From an uncultured virus (IMG/VR IMGVR_UViG_3300050508_000301) (Duplodnaviria > Heunggongvirae > Uroviricota > Caudoviricetes), in the IMG/VR virus record IMGVR_UViG_3300050508_000301: a DNA stretch of 64,000 nucleotides; one strand, given 5' to 3'. Shown here piece by piece: positions 25,800 to 36,705 of the stretch; the first letter of the stretch is position 1, and every line of letters starts with the position of its first letter. The notes below the pieces were generated by a model, which was not told where the DNA came from, searched no databases, and saw only the letters and a program-made list of their open reading frames with translations. Made by a program: the position numbers and the translations under genes.

Positions 25800-26291
25800 T
25801 CATACTTGATATCCCCTAATCCGCAACAGCCACTGGATGAACCGAGGGACTTTATGCAGCTTGGTATGCTCACGAATATCGCCCACCGTTCGGGGTGGAT
25901 CAAGATGACTAACCACATTGGCATCGTCAAGGTGCACATACAGCAACATCGTGCGGTGGACCCGCCCTCGGCACCAACGCAGGAAGGCATCCGCAGCGGG
26001 GGTGTAACGGAACCGAAAACGATCGCCGCAATCGAGGCAGGTGGCGTCGACCCCCGAACTTTCGTAATATTCAGCCATAGTGCTGACTGGCCCTAAAGAA
26101 CCGTCACCCTGGAGAGATTGAATGTTTTCTGCGATGCCGGGACGTCGAGCAAGCACCCATTCACGGCCGGATGAATTGCTCTTGATCATGCCCGGATATC
26201 CGTCGTTCTCATCCAGCTCGATAGCGCTAATCCTGTCGCAGCCGTCCAGCCCGATAATGACCACGTCACGAATCATCGAGATCATCCCCAA
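25800..26291 (-). CDS. hypothetical protein
   Basis: Operon ORF with CxxC. Confidence 0.55.
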   Translation of the reverse strand: MGMISMIRDVVIIGLDGCDRISAIELDENDGYPGMIKSNSSGREWVLARRPGIAENIQSLQGDGSLGPVSTMAEYYESSGVDATCLDCGDRFRFRYTPAADAFLRWCRGRVHRTMLLYVHLDDANVVSHLDPPRTVGDIREHTKLHKVPRFIQWLLRIRGYQV

Positions 26292-26551
26292 TCAACAGTG
26301 ATCTGACACCATGGGTCGTTCCGGATCTGGTCGAGCAGCTGCCTGGACTCGATGAACGACTCCCCGAAGACCACTTCTAGCCAGTTGATCAACCTAGCTA
26401 CCTCGAGCCACCGCTTGTTCTTGACCTCGGTGGTGTGAAACAGCCCGCCACTGGCCTGGAACCCGCCGACGAGATCTCGTACGCCTGCCTGGATCAGGGC
26501 GGCGATATCTACGGGAGGTAGGTCGTCGCCGGAGGCTACGATGGTGATCAT
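26282..26551 (-). CDS. hypothetical protein
   Basis: Coupled ORF. Confidence 0.55.
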   Translation of the reverse strand: MITIVASGDDLPPVDIAALIQAGVRDLVGGFQASGGLFHTTEVKNKRWLEVARLINWLEVVFGESFIESRQLLDQIRNDPWCQITVDWG

Positions 26552-27150
26552 AGCGTCGAATCGATCGCTAACTGGATTCGCCGGTCACTGATAGGCCGAA
26601 AGTCCCAGAGGTCGACCCCCACGTCAACCTGTCGTCCGTGGACGGGGTTGCGTTGTCCCGGAGGTTGGCCTCGTCCATGAGTGTGGCCATGCAATAACCA
26701 GTGGCCGTCGTCCTTGGGACGGTATTCATCATACTCGATCCGACCGAGATCATCTTCGTCGTACGGGAAATGGCAGGCGTGGACCAACCTGCCTCCTAGC
26801 CGTACGGCGATGTGACAGGGTAGGATTTGCACACCAGCCTCGAAGTACATCCTTGACCACACGAGCCGCTTGTGTGCTCGTCGATCGTTGTAGACCGGAT
26901 GCACTCGATCGTGGTTCCCTGGCACCAAGTACTTGTAGCCATTGAGCTGCGAGACTAGCTCGAGGCTGGCTTCGAAGCGGCCCATAGCGAGGTCGCCCAG
27001 TACGATCACGACATCCTCGGGGGTGACGGTCTCGTTCCATCGCTTGACCAGCTCGGCGTTCATCTCGTCGACCGAATCGAAGGGGCGTTCTGCTAGCTCG
27101 CAGATGCGGGCATGGCCTAAGTGGAGATCGGACGTCCAGAACCGAGTCAT
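26548..27150 (-). CDS. calcineurin-like metallophosphoesterase
   Basis: SDLHLGH, LGD, GNHD, HFP, HGHTH, DVGVD. Confidence 0.92.
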   Translation of the reverse strand: MTRFWTSDLHLGHARICELAERPFDSVDEMNAELVKRWNETVTPEDVVIVLGDLAMGRFEASLELVSQLNGYKYLVPGNHDRVHPVYNDRRAHKRLVWSRMYFEAGVQILPCHIAVRLGGRLVHACHFPYDEDDLGRIEYDEYRPKDDGHWLLHGHTHGRGQPPGQRNPVHGRQVDVGVDLWDFRPISDRRIQLAIDSTL

Positions 27151-27560
27151 AGGTACGATCCCACTTGGATATGACACTCTGGCCAAGCCGGCTTGGACCC
27201 AGCGTCATACAGAGTCAACGCTCGTATGCTGCCGAAACTGATATGCAACACCCCGTCGAGGTGCTCTGCCTCTATGACGTTATCGAGGTCCACTCCACAG
27301 GGTAACATAGCATCTACGATATAATCGGGGATGAGCCACCCCACGCCATAGACGATGTTGTTGTGAACATGTAGATCCGATATGTGACCGACGGGCTTTC
27401 GTTCCCGCTCGGATATAACCAGGTTGTGGCGGATATCGGTTCGAACTACGTCATGGACTACCCGATGATCGGTTGTTTCAACGCCGAGCATGGCTATAAC
27501 GCCCATCCAGGGAATCACTTCAACCCCCTGAACGGGTTGTAGCCGTATTCTTCGTCCCAC
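27147..27560 (-). CDS. hypothetical protein (start uncertain)
   Basis: Operon ORF. Confidence 0.5.
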   Translation of the reverse strand: MGRRIRLQPVQGVEVIPWMGVIAMLGVETTDHRVVHDVVRTDIRHNLVISERERKPVGHISDLHVHNNIVYGVGWLIPDYIVDAMLPCGVDLDNVIEAEHLDGVLHISFGSIRALTLYDAGSKPAWPECHIQVGSYL

Positions 27561-27799
27561 CGGCCGACGAACACCACCGGGATCTGCTCGAGCCGAGCTT
27601 CGGGGTAGAGCTGCCGTCGCAGATCTTCAGCGATCGCTCGGTTGCCATTGCATTGCGGCGCTACCGCTCGGCTCTTGGGAGTGCGACTCCACCAGTAAAG
27701 GCCTTCGTCGTCGACGATCCACCACCGGTCCGTGAGGACGCCACCATCCCGGGGTGTGGTGGCTTGCTCCAGCGTGAGCTTCCGGATGGTGCCGTACAT
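27515..27799 (-). CDS. hypothetical protein
   Basis: Coupled ORF. Confidence 0.55.
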   Translation of the reverse strand: MYGTIRKLTLEQATTPRDGGVLTDRWWIVDDEGLYWWSRTPKSRAVAPQCNGNRAIAEDLRRQLYPEARLEQIPVVFVGRWDEEYGYNPFRGLK

Positions 27800-28095
27800 C
27801 AGACTTCCAGCTGCTGGATCATCACAGAGACCCGCCCTCGAAGAAGCTCAACCCTCTCTGAGAAGTCGACCACCCGCTCTACGACAGGCGCAGAGGCTCG
27901 ACGCTCAGTCACTCGGCTATCCCGATCGGACTCCTCCAATACAGAACGGCTCACCGGCTCCAGCCGTGCTTGCAGATCTGCGAGGTTCGAGCCGAGTGCG
28001 CTGATCTCCTCGCTCAGGGCATCGAGCGCCTCATCTAGTGGCGAAACCGACCGGACTGCTTCGACCCTAACCGGATAGTCATCTTCTCTATGCAT
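27799..28095 (-). CDS. coiled-coil hypothetical protein
   Basis: From MHREDD, immediately after tRNA-Arg. Confidence 0.55.
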   Translation of the reverse strand: MHREDDYPVRVEAVRSVSPLDEALDALSEEISALGSNLADLQARLEPVSRSVLEESDRDSRVTERRASAPVVERVVDFSERVELLRGRVSVMIQQLEV

Positions 28096-28097
28096 AG

Positions 28098-28169
28098 CAC
28101 ACCCAGCAGGATTCGAACCCGCATCCTCGGCTCCGTAGGCCGCTGCTCTCTCCATTGAGCTATGGGTGC
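28098..28169 (-). tRNA. tRNA-Arg(ACG)
   Basis: GCACCCA TA GCTC AATGGAGA GAGC A GCGGC CTACGGA GCCGA GGAT GCGGG TTCGAAT CCTGC TGGGTGT G. Confidence 0.88.
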
Positions 28170-28174
28170 TTAAA

Positions 28175-28299
28175 CGAGTGGCGGATGGCCTTACTGGGCC
28201 TCGCATGTCCATGCCATGGGGTCTCAACGCCCCATCCCAAGCTTAACGCCCGAAGGCGCAGGCCATCCTTCACCTGTTGGAGCGCAGGTTAGCCACTCG
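28175..28299 (-). ncRNA. candidate multibranch ncRNA
   Basis: CGAGTGGC/GCCACTCG, GGATGGCCT/AGGCCATCC and four hairpins including C-UUCG-G; starts just after TTGACA-N18-TAAGCT. Confidence 0.6.
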
Positions 28300-28521
28300 C
28301 TGTTAGCTTACCATATCCTTTGACTAGGTGTCAATACCGGTTGGTTGGGGCCGGTCCCGGTCCAGATCGGCTTGAAGCCGGCCGATCAGCAGGGGTCTTG
28401 GTGTTCTTGTGTGGTCCAGACCAGCCGAGGTACCGCAGCTCTCGAGGAACGTCGATCCGCTTCCAGACCTTGGCGGTAGCCACTCCGGCCAGGAAAGCCA
28501 CCAGCAGCTTGAACAGCCGAG

Positions 28522-29130
28522 TCACTTGGCCTTCTCCTCCTCGGTGAACTTGAACGTGATCTCGTCGACCCTTGCCCGCTTGTCTGCGGGCAGATTCTCG
28601 ACGACTCCGCCGATCCAGCGGACGTTGGCCTCGTCATACATGCCGAAGACTGTGCCGTTGTCGTCCAGGCACTTGACCCAGGTCGCTGCGCTGTCGCCGG
28701 TGTAGACCCCGGTTGCTTCCGGACGGCCGGTGACCGCGCTACCGCCGCCGCCTTGGCCCCACGAGTTCCACTCGGTCTCCCACGGGTCCGTCAACTGGTA
28801 AGTCGACGGAACTGGTGCTCCAGCGGTCGGACACCACCACAGCAGCTCGCCGGAGATCGTGGTCACGACAGCGGTGCCGTGGGTGCCCTCGGCTCGGATG
28901 GTCTCGGCGTCGATCAGGGTCTGGCGCTCTTCCGAGTAGTCGAACACCGGGACTGGCTGGGACTGCGACATCCGGTTCATGCCGGTCTTGGTGGCCTCGG
29001 CCTCCCGCTTCTCGTTGTCCTTGCTGTCCTGCTTATCGCCCTCATCGAGGCTGCAAGCCCCCACCAGGGTTGCGCAAGCCAAGAGCATGCCGGCGATCGC
29101 CAACACTCGCTTGCTGATGTTAATCTGCAT
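28522..29130 (-). CDS. putative lipoprotein
   Basis: Signal peptide with LVGAC lipobox. Confidence 0.7.
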   Translation of the reverse strand: MQINISKRVLAIAGMLLACATLVGACSLDEGDKQDSKDNEKREAEATKTGMNRMSQSQPVPVFDYSEERQTLIDAETIRAEGTHGTAVVTTISGELLWWCPTAGAPVPSTYQLTDPWETEWNSWGQGGGGSAVTGRPEATGVYTGDSAATWVKCLDDNGTVFGMYDEANVRWIGGVVENLPADKRARVDEITFKFTEEEKAK

Positions 29131-29143
29131 TATTGCCTTTCTT

Positions 29144-29461
29144 CTAGCAGTTCACCGACTCGAAGTCAGTGAGCTGGTCGGTCAGGTAGTGCTTGTTGAG
29201 CCGGTCGATGTAGCCACAGGCTTCGTCGACCAGGGCGAGACGCTGAGGCGCACCCTCGGGCAGCAGGTTGGCTTGGCGGACGAGCTTGCGGGCTTGGTCA
29301 CGCCACGCCGTCTGGGTGCCACGGTTGTTGTTCTCGAGGCTGACCTGGCGGTCGACGTTCTTGCCGGCGAGCCACCAGTCGAACTGCCAGCCGGCAACAC
29401 CGATTCCAACCATGACACCGATGACGAGCAGACCCGCCAAGATTACTTTCACGGTACTCAT
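29144..29461 (-). CDS. membrane-anchored protein
   Basis: N-terminal TM helix. Confidence 0.65.
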   Translation of the reverse strand: MSTVKVILAGLLVIGVMVGIGVAGWQFDWWLAGKNVDRQVSLENNNRGTQTAWRDQARKLVRQANLLPEGAPQRLALVDEACGYIDRLNKHYLTDQLTDFESVNC

Positions 29462-32240
29462 AGGGATTGCATGTCCTCTCTTGGGATGGGGATGGGACCC
29501 TCCGGGATGAGCAGTTCAGCATCAACCCAGTAGACGTCGAAAAAGCCGTTATGGTGTTCGACGTAGAACAGTCGCATATACGGGTACGGACGGATGAACT
29601 CCTGCCGATGCTTCACAGGGCCTCGTGCGCCGACGCCTGGCCCTTTCGCATGGTAGCGCTGCATCACATAGCTAGGGCGTTCCGGCATCGAAAGCCTGCT
29701 CCTGCTCGATCCGGTCTACGACGTAGCGCCACACCCGTCGGCGTTGGTCCTTGCTGACGCATCGCTCCAAGTAGGTGGCACAGAACTTGTGCATGGCGGC
29801 CATGACGTTTAGTTCGGCGTCATCAAACGGATCAACGTGGATCTCGAATTTCATAGGTGTCACCTCCATCAGTTGCGCCTTTCTGCGACACCGATCAACA
29901 CCGGCAGCTCGAACTGCTCGTCGAGCGACTGCGTTTCGTCATCCTCCGGTGGGCGGGGTTCGACACCGTACGCCACCCTTGTCCAGAACTCGATCCTGCG
30001 CTGGAGAGCGTTGACCAACGCATCCTGCTCGATGGCCTCGACTCGTTTCTTCGCCAGCTCGACTGCCATCTGAGCATTCGATCGCTTGACGCCCCGCAGT
30101 TCCGCTTTGAGTTGTGATTTACGCAATGAGCACTCCAAGTCCCAGGCATACCCGCACGCCACAAGCGAAAGAGCGATGCCGGCGGCAACGAGTCCGAGCC
30201 AGCGCCACCCGATGTCGCTCGCCATCCAGACGAGACTACAAGTCATAACGGTTGCCGCCATCCGGATCCTGGCTACAGTCTGCGCCATAATCCACCGTAT
30301 GTAAGTCACTGACCAGCCTGTCTATGTGTTCGAGGTGTAGTTGAGCTGTTTGGTCGGGATTGGTAATGTGGTTCTTGGTGATGATGTCGAGCAATCCCGC
30401 CACCTCGCTCACCACCAAACTGAGATCGTAGTCCTCTCGGATTTGGTCCCTGGCTGCGTACGCCATCTTGGCGCCCTGGGTCAGGAATCGCACTACGAGG
30501 TTAACGGTGGGATCTGCCATTCGTCGTCCTCCCCGTCCGCCGTAAGCATAACACACACCTTGACTACCTGTCAAGTGACGCCGGTAAGCATCTTCCACAC
30601 CCGATCGGCTGCTTCGTTAGTCGAATAGCCAATCGCCTTACGAACATCGTCTTGGGTGAACTCCCTAGACCAGTCGTTGCCCCGAGTGACCGTAACAGTC
30701 ATGACGACCGGACGGGTTTGGTACAGGCCTCCGGATAGCACGGGAGGTGGGCTAGCAAACCAGCAAGCACTTCGGCTGGCCCGTCGTTCCCAGCCCTCAG
30801 GGATGTGCTCACCGAAGCCGAACCAGGTTGGGCGGCCATCGACTTCAGGGCCAGGGTAGAGGTTGGGATACTCATCCATCGGCTGGCATCTCCGTTGTAG
30901 TGGGCATTGCGGGCGGGCGTTTGATCTCCCGTACGTGGACGTTGTGGGCATGGATCGAGGCGATCACACACAGGAATCCGACGATGAAGATGAGGATGCG
31001 GGTACTGGTGCGCTCCACGGCCTCAATGGTTTCGGTGTAGGTTTGCATCAGACTTTCTTATTATAGGTCACGGCGGTCACTTGCTCACACACTACTGTGT
31101 GGCCTGTCCGGCGAGCGTGCAGGCTAGCATTAGCCAATGCGTTCTTGTAGGAGTCAGTCTTCCAATCGCAGTCATTACATTCGGCCATCGCTGCGACGAT
31201 CCCGGAGTATCGGTTCTTAAGCGATGGGATCTTAGGCATGGTGGCACTTCCCATATTTAGGACACCAGTGGGACCGCTCTTTGGTGAAGCAATCGATGCA
31301 CCTGACTGGGGTTGACCCCCAAGGTCCTTCGGTGACCTCGATACCGCAGAACGACCGCTCACCGAGCTTGAAGTCGCAGCAAATAACGTGGGTAATGTCA
31401 TCGTCGAAGCACCCGTCAGGATCTTCGACCTCCGGTTCAACGATCGTCATTCAGGACACCCTTCACTGCTGCCGCCTCGAAGACTGACTGAGCTATCGAG
31501 GCTGACATCATCCGAATCGCTCGGACTTCAACTGCACCTCGATCCTTGACCAGCTGCGGTAACTCAAAAATATCGTCGATGACCTCGTGCGTAACGTATG
31601 TACCAGGGTCTCGTTGACCACCACTAATGACGAGCGCCACTGCCCAACCAGTCACGATTCCTCCACGGGATCGAGTGCGGTAAGCGGTACGACGCAAGAC
31701 CACACCTCACCGTTAGTCAGAGTGAACGGCTGGAGCATCGCCATCGGGTCCTCATCGATGCGTACGATCACCTCATTCGACCCGAGACCATGAACGGGAT
31801 ATTCGTTCTCCGCTCCCTCAGTGTTGACCACAACAGCCAGCACGCCTCGTCTTAGCGGCCACGGGCAGTGGCGGTTTAGGCGGACAGTGGTTCCCGGCTT
31901 CATGACCATTCCGCCCAGTAGACACCATCTCTGATTTCGACGTGGCGCCGCAAGCTGGTCGCAAGCCGGACTAGGTCATCAGCGCCGTCACCGTGACCCT
32001 TCGGCCGGTTACACGTGGCGATTGGTTGGTCGTTTTCGTCAAGTGCGCTCTCTTCCGCCCCGCACAGCTCGACCTCCTGGCAACCCTCGACCACTTGGAT
32101 CGGCAGGGTGGCGGAAGCTATTGTCATGTGAGGATTCGGCCGATAAGCGCCGTTGATACCGACCTGCCAGCGCCGCATATCCTCAGCAGCTTGCTCGACA
32201 GAACCGTAGGTGTATTCGAGGAGTCTTACGACCCGGATCA
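29458..32240 (-). other. run of about 10 small hypothetical early genes (e.g. 29458-29688, 29672-29854, 29869-30309, 30236-30520, 30571-30880, 31048-31239, 31232-31450, 31437-31703, 31652-31909, 31900-32241)
   Basis: Tightly overlapping minus-strand ORFs, several with CxxC/H motifs; promoter at 30545-30574. Confidence 0.55.
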
Positions 32241-33092
32241 TGGTTTTGCTCCACTCAGTGCTGCGTCGGCGGCCAAGAACAGACCTGGTAACGCCACTCT
32301 CCGTACGGCAGACGTCGAGACGTCGCCTTCGTTCCATTGGTCGCCCGAGTAACTGGCGATCATGCTCATGTACCCGTTGATGATGGTCAGCCAGGGTGTT
32401 TTGTTGTCGCTCTCCTGGACGGCCATGGCGACGGCCGATGCGACCATGAGGTCGAGCGATCGGGGGTACACTTGACCGACCGACCCAAGCACCTCCTCGA
32501 AGCCCCACTCATCTGCCAAGTAACGATCGAGGTCGGCGCAGGTTTCCGCACTGCCCAGGATGTCGAGCATGTCTTGCTGGGTGCCGACTGGGCCTCGAAT
32601 ACCTCGTAATGGCAACCGATCTTGGGCCTCGAGCAGGATTCTCTTGACCACTTGATCTTTGCCGTAACGAGCCGGGATCTCGATCAGATGGTCCATGGCT
32701 CTGCGCATCCGGATAAGCGAGATGTTGTCGACCACATCGGCGGAGGTCATGCCCCAGTGGATCAGCTCAGGCTCGAAGGTTTGGCCATGCGTAGCACCCA
32801 AATATAGTGCCAAACCAGCCCGCCAGTTGAACTCCTCGATCCTGGCCTTCACGTCGTGGTGAGTGAACTCCTCCCGCTGCCGGATGGAGTCGAGGTCGAC
32901 ATCGTCTGCGACGCTCAGGTAGGCAGCGAACACGTCTTCGAACCGGGGGACGTGGTCATACAGGCGGGTATGGTCCCGCATGTAGCGGACGATATCGAGC
33001 CACCACAATCGTTCGGTGCGGGCATTCCATTCGGGTGTCCACAGCTCGATCATCTCGGGGGTGGCGTATTCACTCAGTGGGTGCGAGATCAT
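32238..33092 (-). CDS. shortened adenylosuccinate-lyase (PurB)-like protein
   Basis: HDVKARIEEFN, IHWGMTSAD, LRGIRGPVGT, SVGQVYPRSLD, QWNEGDVSTSAVRRVALP; no SSxMPxKxN motif. Confidence 0.82.
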   Translation of the reverse strand: MISHPLSEYATPEMIELWTPEWNARTERLWWLDIVRYMRDHTRLYDHVPRFEDVFAAYLSVADDVDLDSIRQREEFTHHDVKARIEEFNWRAGLALYLGATHGQTFEPELIHWGMTSADVVDNISLIRMRRAMDHLIEIPARYGKDQVVKRILLEAQDRLPLRGIRGPVGTQQDMLDILGSAETCADLDRYLADEWGFEEVLGSVGQVYPRSLDLMVASAVAMAVQESDNKTPWLTIINGYMSMIASYSGDQWNEGDVSTSAVRRVALPGLFLAADAALSGAKP

Positions 33093-33534
33093 CGATCGCC
33101 TCCAGCCATTGGCGTGCGAACCCGGTCGGAGCCAGTTTGCGCCAGCCAACTCCATCGTTGGTGTCATCGATCCGGACTCGTCGCTCGGTGGCGTAGGCGA
33201 TCTCGTCGGCGATGGTCTCGAAGCTCTCGCCGCCATCGTTCATCCGTATGAGTGGCCCTTGTTCACCTTCGTCCATGCTCAGGACCAACCCCTCCTCGCC
33301 CAGATCGATGCCTATCGAAAAGATGACGTTGGACGACGACCTCATCAGAAGATGCGAATCGGGGTCGATGTGTTCGAGAGCCACGCCGAGACAGCAGTGG
33401 CTGCAGGTGCCGTCAGCGTGAAATAGCTTCAAGGACGAACAGCCTTGGGTGTATTCGCCGGACACCAGGTCTCGTACCCATTGGATCCGGTGCAGCATCT
33501 GGTCGTAACTGAGTTCCATGATTCCGTCTTTCAT
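33070..33534 (-). CDS. hypothetical protein
   Basis: QG..L..HCCLGV..MNDGGESFETIAD, a recurrent phage motif. Confidence 0.65.
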   Translation of the reverse strand: MKDGIMELSYDQMLHRIQWVRDLVSGEYTQGCSSLKLFHADGTCSHCCLGVALEHIDPDSHLLMRSSSNVIFSIGIDLGEEGLVLSMDEGEQGPLIRMNDGGESFETIADEIAYATERRVRIDDTNDGVGWRKLAPTGFARQWLEAIDDLAPTE

Positions 33535-34463
33535 CGTGCCACGGGGAATGGTTCAGGACGCTTGCCACCGGCACGCCAGGCCAGGTTTTCGATCCGCTTG
33601 CCGTCTCGGTAGGCGTTCCACGCCTTGATGGTGACAGCAAGGACCATGTCCGGACTGGGCTTGTCCCGCTTGAGTGACCGGTGAGCTGTGCGGTTTTCGT
33701 TACCGCCAGTGCGACCGCTACCGCTGTTGATCAGCCAGCGTCGCAGGACGAAGATCGGGTTATCCTCCTCCAACGAAGCTCCGAGACCGAGCTTGTGGAA
33801 GAAATCCTGGCAGTCCTCCCAGTTCAGCTCGTGGAAGATGAACCAACCAACACCGCTCGTGGCAGCGGGTGCATCTGGAAACTTCCGGCGAACCCGATCC
33901 CCCTCGGAGGTGGCGATCGCCAACCGACTCTTGTGGTCGGCATGGAACGCCAACAGCTGCTGCAGAGTAGGCGTCATATAGCGATTGTCCATCGGTGCGT
34001 CAGTGTTGATGTAGCGGTCGTACAGGAACGCCCACCGGATCACCGAAGCCAGGCGGTGAACGTTCGACTCTCCCCGCAGGCTGAGCTGATCAGAGAGGGT
34101 TCGACGATTGCCGGTGTCCATGACCTCCTGGGTCTCGGGGTCGAGGTTCCGTCCCACCAAGAACTGGGCGGGCAGTCCGGCTTCCACCACTGCCTGCAGA
34201 CGGTTCTGTCCGTTGATCAGTACGCCGTTGTAGTCGAAGCCGATAGCGTCGTTGCTGAGCTTCCACTCGCCTCGCTTGATGGCTGCAGCGTATATCTGAA
34301 CCGACCGTTTCTTGATCGGCCGGTTGTGGGTGTTGGACAGCAGCCACTCCCGTGCCATCTCGGGAGTGACAAGCACCACCTCGAACTCTGGCTCGGGCGT
34401 GCGTCCGTTTCTGGTTGAGGGAGCGCCTTTGACGATCCCAGGTCGCTTTGTGATGTCCTCCAT
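33531..34463 (-). CDS. ParB-N/DGQHR-like domain protein
   Basis: VTPEMAREWL..HNR..INGQNRLQAV..MDTG; leaderless promoter. Confidence 0.7.
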   Translation of the reverse strand: MEDITKRPGIVKGAPSTRNGRTPEPEFEVVLVTPEMAREWLLSNTHNRPIKKRSVQIYAAAIKRGEWKLSNDAIGFDYNGVLINGQNRLQAVVEAGLPAQFLVGRNLDPETQEVMDTGNRRTLSDQLSLRGESNVHRLASVIRWAFLYDRYINTDAPMDNRYMTPTLQQLLAFHADHKSRLAIATSEGDRVRRKFPDAPAATSGVGWFIFHELNWEDCQDFFHKLGLGASLEEDNPIFVLRRWLINSGSGRTGGNENRTAHRSLKRDKPSPDMVLAVTIKAWNAYRDGKRIENLAWRAGGKRPEPFPVAR

Positions 34464-34513
34464 AGGAGCACCGTAGCACACGCCTTGACCGGTTGTCAAG
34501 CCCTGGGTTCGGG

Positions 34514-35379
34514 TCATAGGAATAGGTCCTTACCGTATAGCCGCTCGATGCGGTCCGGAGCATAGGCCAGCCGTAAATGCAAAGGAAGGGTCACTGTCTG
34601 ACCACGGTAGACCCGAAAGGCGTTACCCAGGTTGTCTCTGGGACAGTATGGTTCAGAATCCTCCGGCTCTCGGCCGCCTGTGGCGACACGGCAGCCACAT
34701 TCGACGGCCTGACTTCGAGTGAGGTGGGGGTGCGTCGTAGCAATAGCGGTTTTCAAGACTCGATCGACCGCAGCTCGAGTGCGCTCCTGATCATAGCCCA
34801 CCACCGCCTCAGTGATGTCAGCTATGAGTCGACGGGATTCCTCGGAGCTGGTCGATGATTTCATGGCTTTTGCGACCATCACGACCCCCGGAAGTTGTTG
34901 TGGGTCCGACGATGGTAGATCTGGTCGCACTCAGCTCGACCCTTCATCATCGTGACAGCGATGGCGATGGTCTCGCTCGAGGGATGGGGAACTCCCGCCA
35001 GCCAGGCGATATCGTCCCACTGCTGGCAGGTCATCTGCTCCGCCACCTGGGCCTCGACCGTACGATCCTCGCTGAGCTTGAAGCTGGTCAGGACTGCAAC
35101 CATCTTCTGGGCTTTGCGGACCTGATTTGCCCGCTTGTTGGGGTTCTGCGGTTCGCCCATTCACTGGCCCCACAGGTTCTCGACTGCCGCCCAGAAGGCG
35201 GACAGGAGGCTGTCGTCGTCGAAGGGGTCGACGTAGTAACGACCCCGGATCTGGTTGGCGATGTCCGGCCGCTCGCTGGCTAGAGCGTTGAAAGCGTGCT
35301 GGCCTTCCCGCATTCCCGGTCGCCGCCTCAGGCAGGCGACCTTATCGGCGAACTGGCTAAAGCTGAGGGTGGTCTCCAT
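34514..35379 (-). other. three small hypothetical genes (34514-~34864, 34879-35160, 35161-35379)
   Basis: Operon behind TTGACA-N17-TATACT (35387-35414). Confidence 0.55.
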
Positions 35380-35410
35380 AGGAACAGTATAACACAGCCT
35401 TGACTCCGTG

Positions 35411-36280
35411 TCAAGTCTCCACGATTTGCAGCTTTGGTTGCGGTCGAGTGAACCCCAACCCCTTCAGCAGCTCGACCTCGAGGTGCGGTTCCTTCCGACC
35501 ACCGATGCAGGGTTCGAGGTACGGGCACCGCCACTTGCACATCTGCGGGTCGGGATGGCGTTCATGCGCCTGCTCAGGATGGTAAGCCATGTTGATCGAG
35601 GCTGTCGCTTCCCGCACGACCGTATCGATCTCCTCGGGGGTGCGGTAGATCCAGTCCCGGCTGTATCGTTCCTCTGAGAACATGTGGCGCTTGAGCTGCT
35701 GAGTTCGTGTATGGGAAAGGATCGCTCCACGAACCGGATAACCGAATTGCCGCATCGCCCAGATGTACAGCGGGGTCTGATCATCCAGGTCGAGTTCCTT
35801 GCCGTTCGGCAGGTTACGGACCGCTTTGTGGTCGATAACCCACAAATGACCCCGGAACTCAATGACCAAATCGATCCGGCCGACCAGAACGATCTCGCTG
35901 TTCGGTAGCTGGACCTCGAACTCTACCTCGACCTCCCGGATCGTCCACCCTAGATCGACCTGCTTCGCCCATTCACGATAGCCATTGTACATCCAAAGGC
36001 AGGTGGCGCCGATCTCGTGAGCTTTGCCGTCGGGGTTCTTGGCATCGTTCGCATTAAGCAGTTCGACTATTTGGAGCAATGCCCCTTTGCCAGGATCGGT
36101 GACGTCGCCTGTGTTTCTGACACCACTGTAGTGGCAGTCGAGGATCTCGTGCCACAGGATCCCGATCGACAGAGGCTTGTTGAGCTTGGGCGCCTTCCAT
36201 CGATCGAAATACTGCAGCTTGTGTTTGTGCGGACATGTCCTGAACGTATTGATTTCAGTCCAACTAGTGGTTTGAGTCAT
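35411..36280 (-). CDS. PD-(D/E)XK / Cas4-like exonuclease
   Basis: CPHK, GILWH, E, GRIDLV, IDHK, QTPLY, CKWRCPYLEPC. Confidence 0.87.
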   Translation of the reverse strand: MTQTTSWTEINTFRTCPHKHKLQYFDRWKAPKLNKPLSIGILWHEILDCHYSGVRNTGDVTDPGKGALLQIVELLNANDAKNPDGKAHEIGATCLWMYNGYREWAKQVDLGWTIREVEVEFEVQLPNSEIVLVGRIDLVIEFRGHLWVIDHKAVRNLPNGKELDLDDQTPLYIWAMRQFGYPVRGAILSHTRTQQLKRHMFSEERYSRDWIYRTPEEIDTVVREATASINMAYHPEQAHERHPDPQMCKWRCPYLEPCIGGRKEPHLEVELLKGLGFTRPQPKLQIVET

Positions 36281-36672
36281 TTACCACTCCGCCGAACGGC
36301 CCAGCACTGCCGGCACTGACGCCACCCCGTACGCGGTGCAACGTAGGTGTTTGCAGAGGTGTATTCGTGGCCTCGCAAACAGTGTGTCGTGGTACGATGT
36401 AAACGACTATGTACCGAGCGGGGCAATAACAGTAAGTGATTCAAGGTGACACATAGCTTACTCGAGCACGACGGTTCGTGATGCAAAGTAAGATGAGGAT
36501 CGAGCAATAAGCCGTTGGCTTCCATCCATACGGCTCGATGCGCAAGTGTCCTATGTCGCTTGCCATCCTGATAGAGATGTCCAACCTCAGCGATCCCATA
36601 GCCGTCTCTAGTCTGTGGGCCGGACCACAGAACACAAGGTTCCCGACTGGGCAGATCCATTTGGGCTAGCAT
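36277..36672 (-). CDS. HNH endonuclease
   Basis: CVLWSG..GYG..AHR..HH..C..CV..HL..THCLRGHEY..CRQC. Confidence 0.85.
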   Translation of the reverse strand: MLAQMDLPSREPCVLWSGPQTRDGYGIAEVGHLYQDGKRHRTLAHRAVWMEANGLLLDPHLTLHHEPSCSSKLCVTLNHLLLLPRSVHSRLHRTTTHCLRGHEYTSANTYVAPRTGWRQCRQCWAVRRSGK

Positions 36673-36705
36673 CTGCCCAGTCTAGTGCCGAGCTTGCCGA
36701 GCTGG

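Noticed and set aside
28096..28227. N-terminal extension of ORF 27799-28227
   Set aside because: Overlaps tRNA-Arg and the structured RNA; the start is better placed at 28095
36277..36672. Intron-associated homing endonuclease
   Set aside because: The HNH gene is free-standing and the flanking genes are uninterrupted
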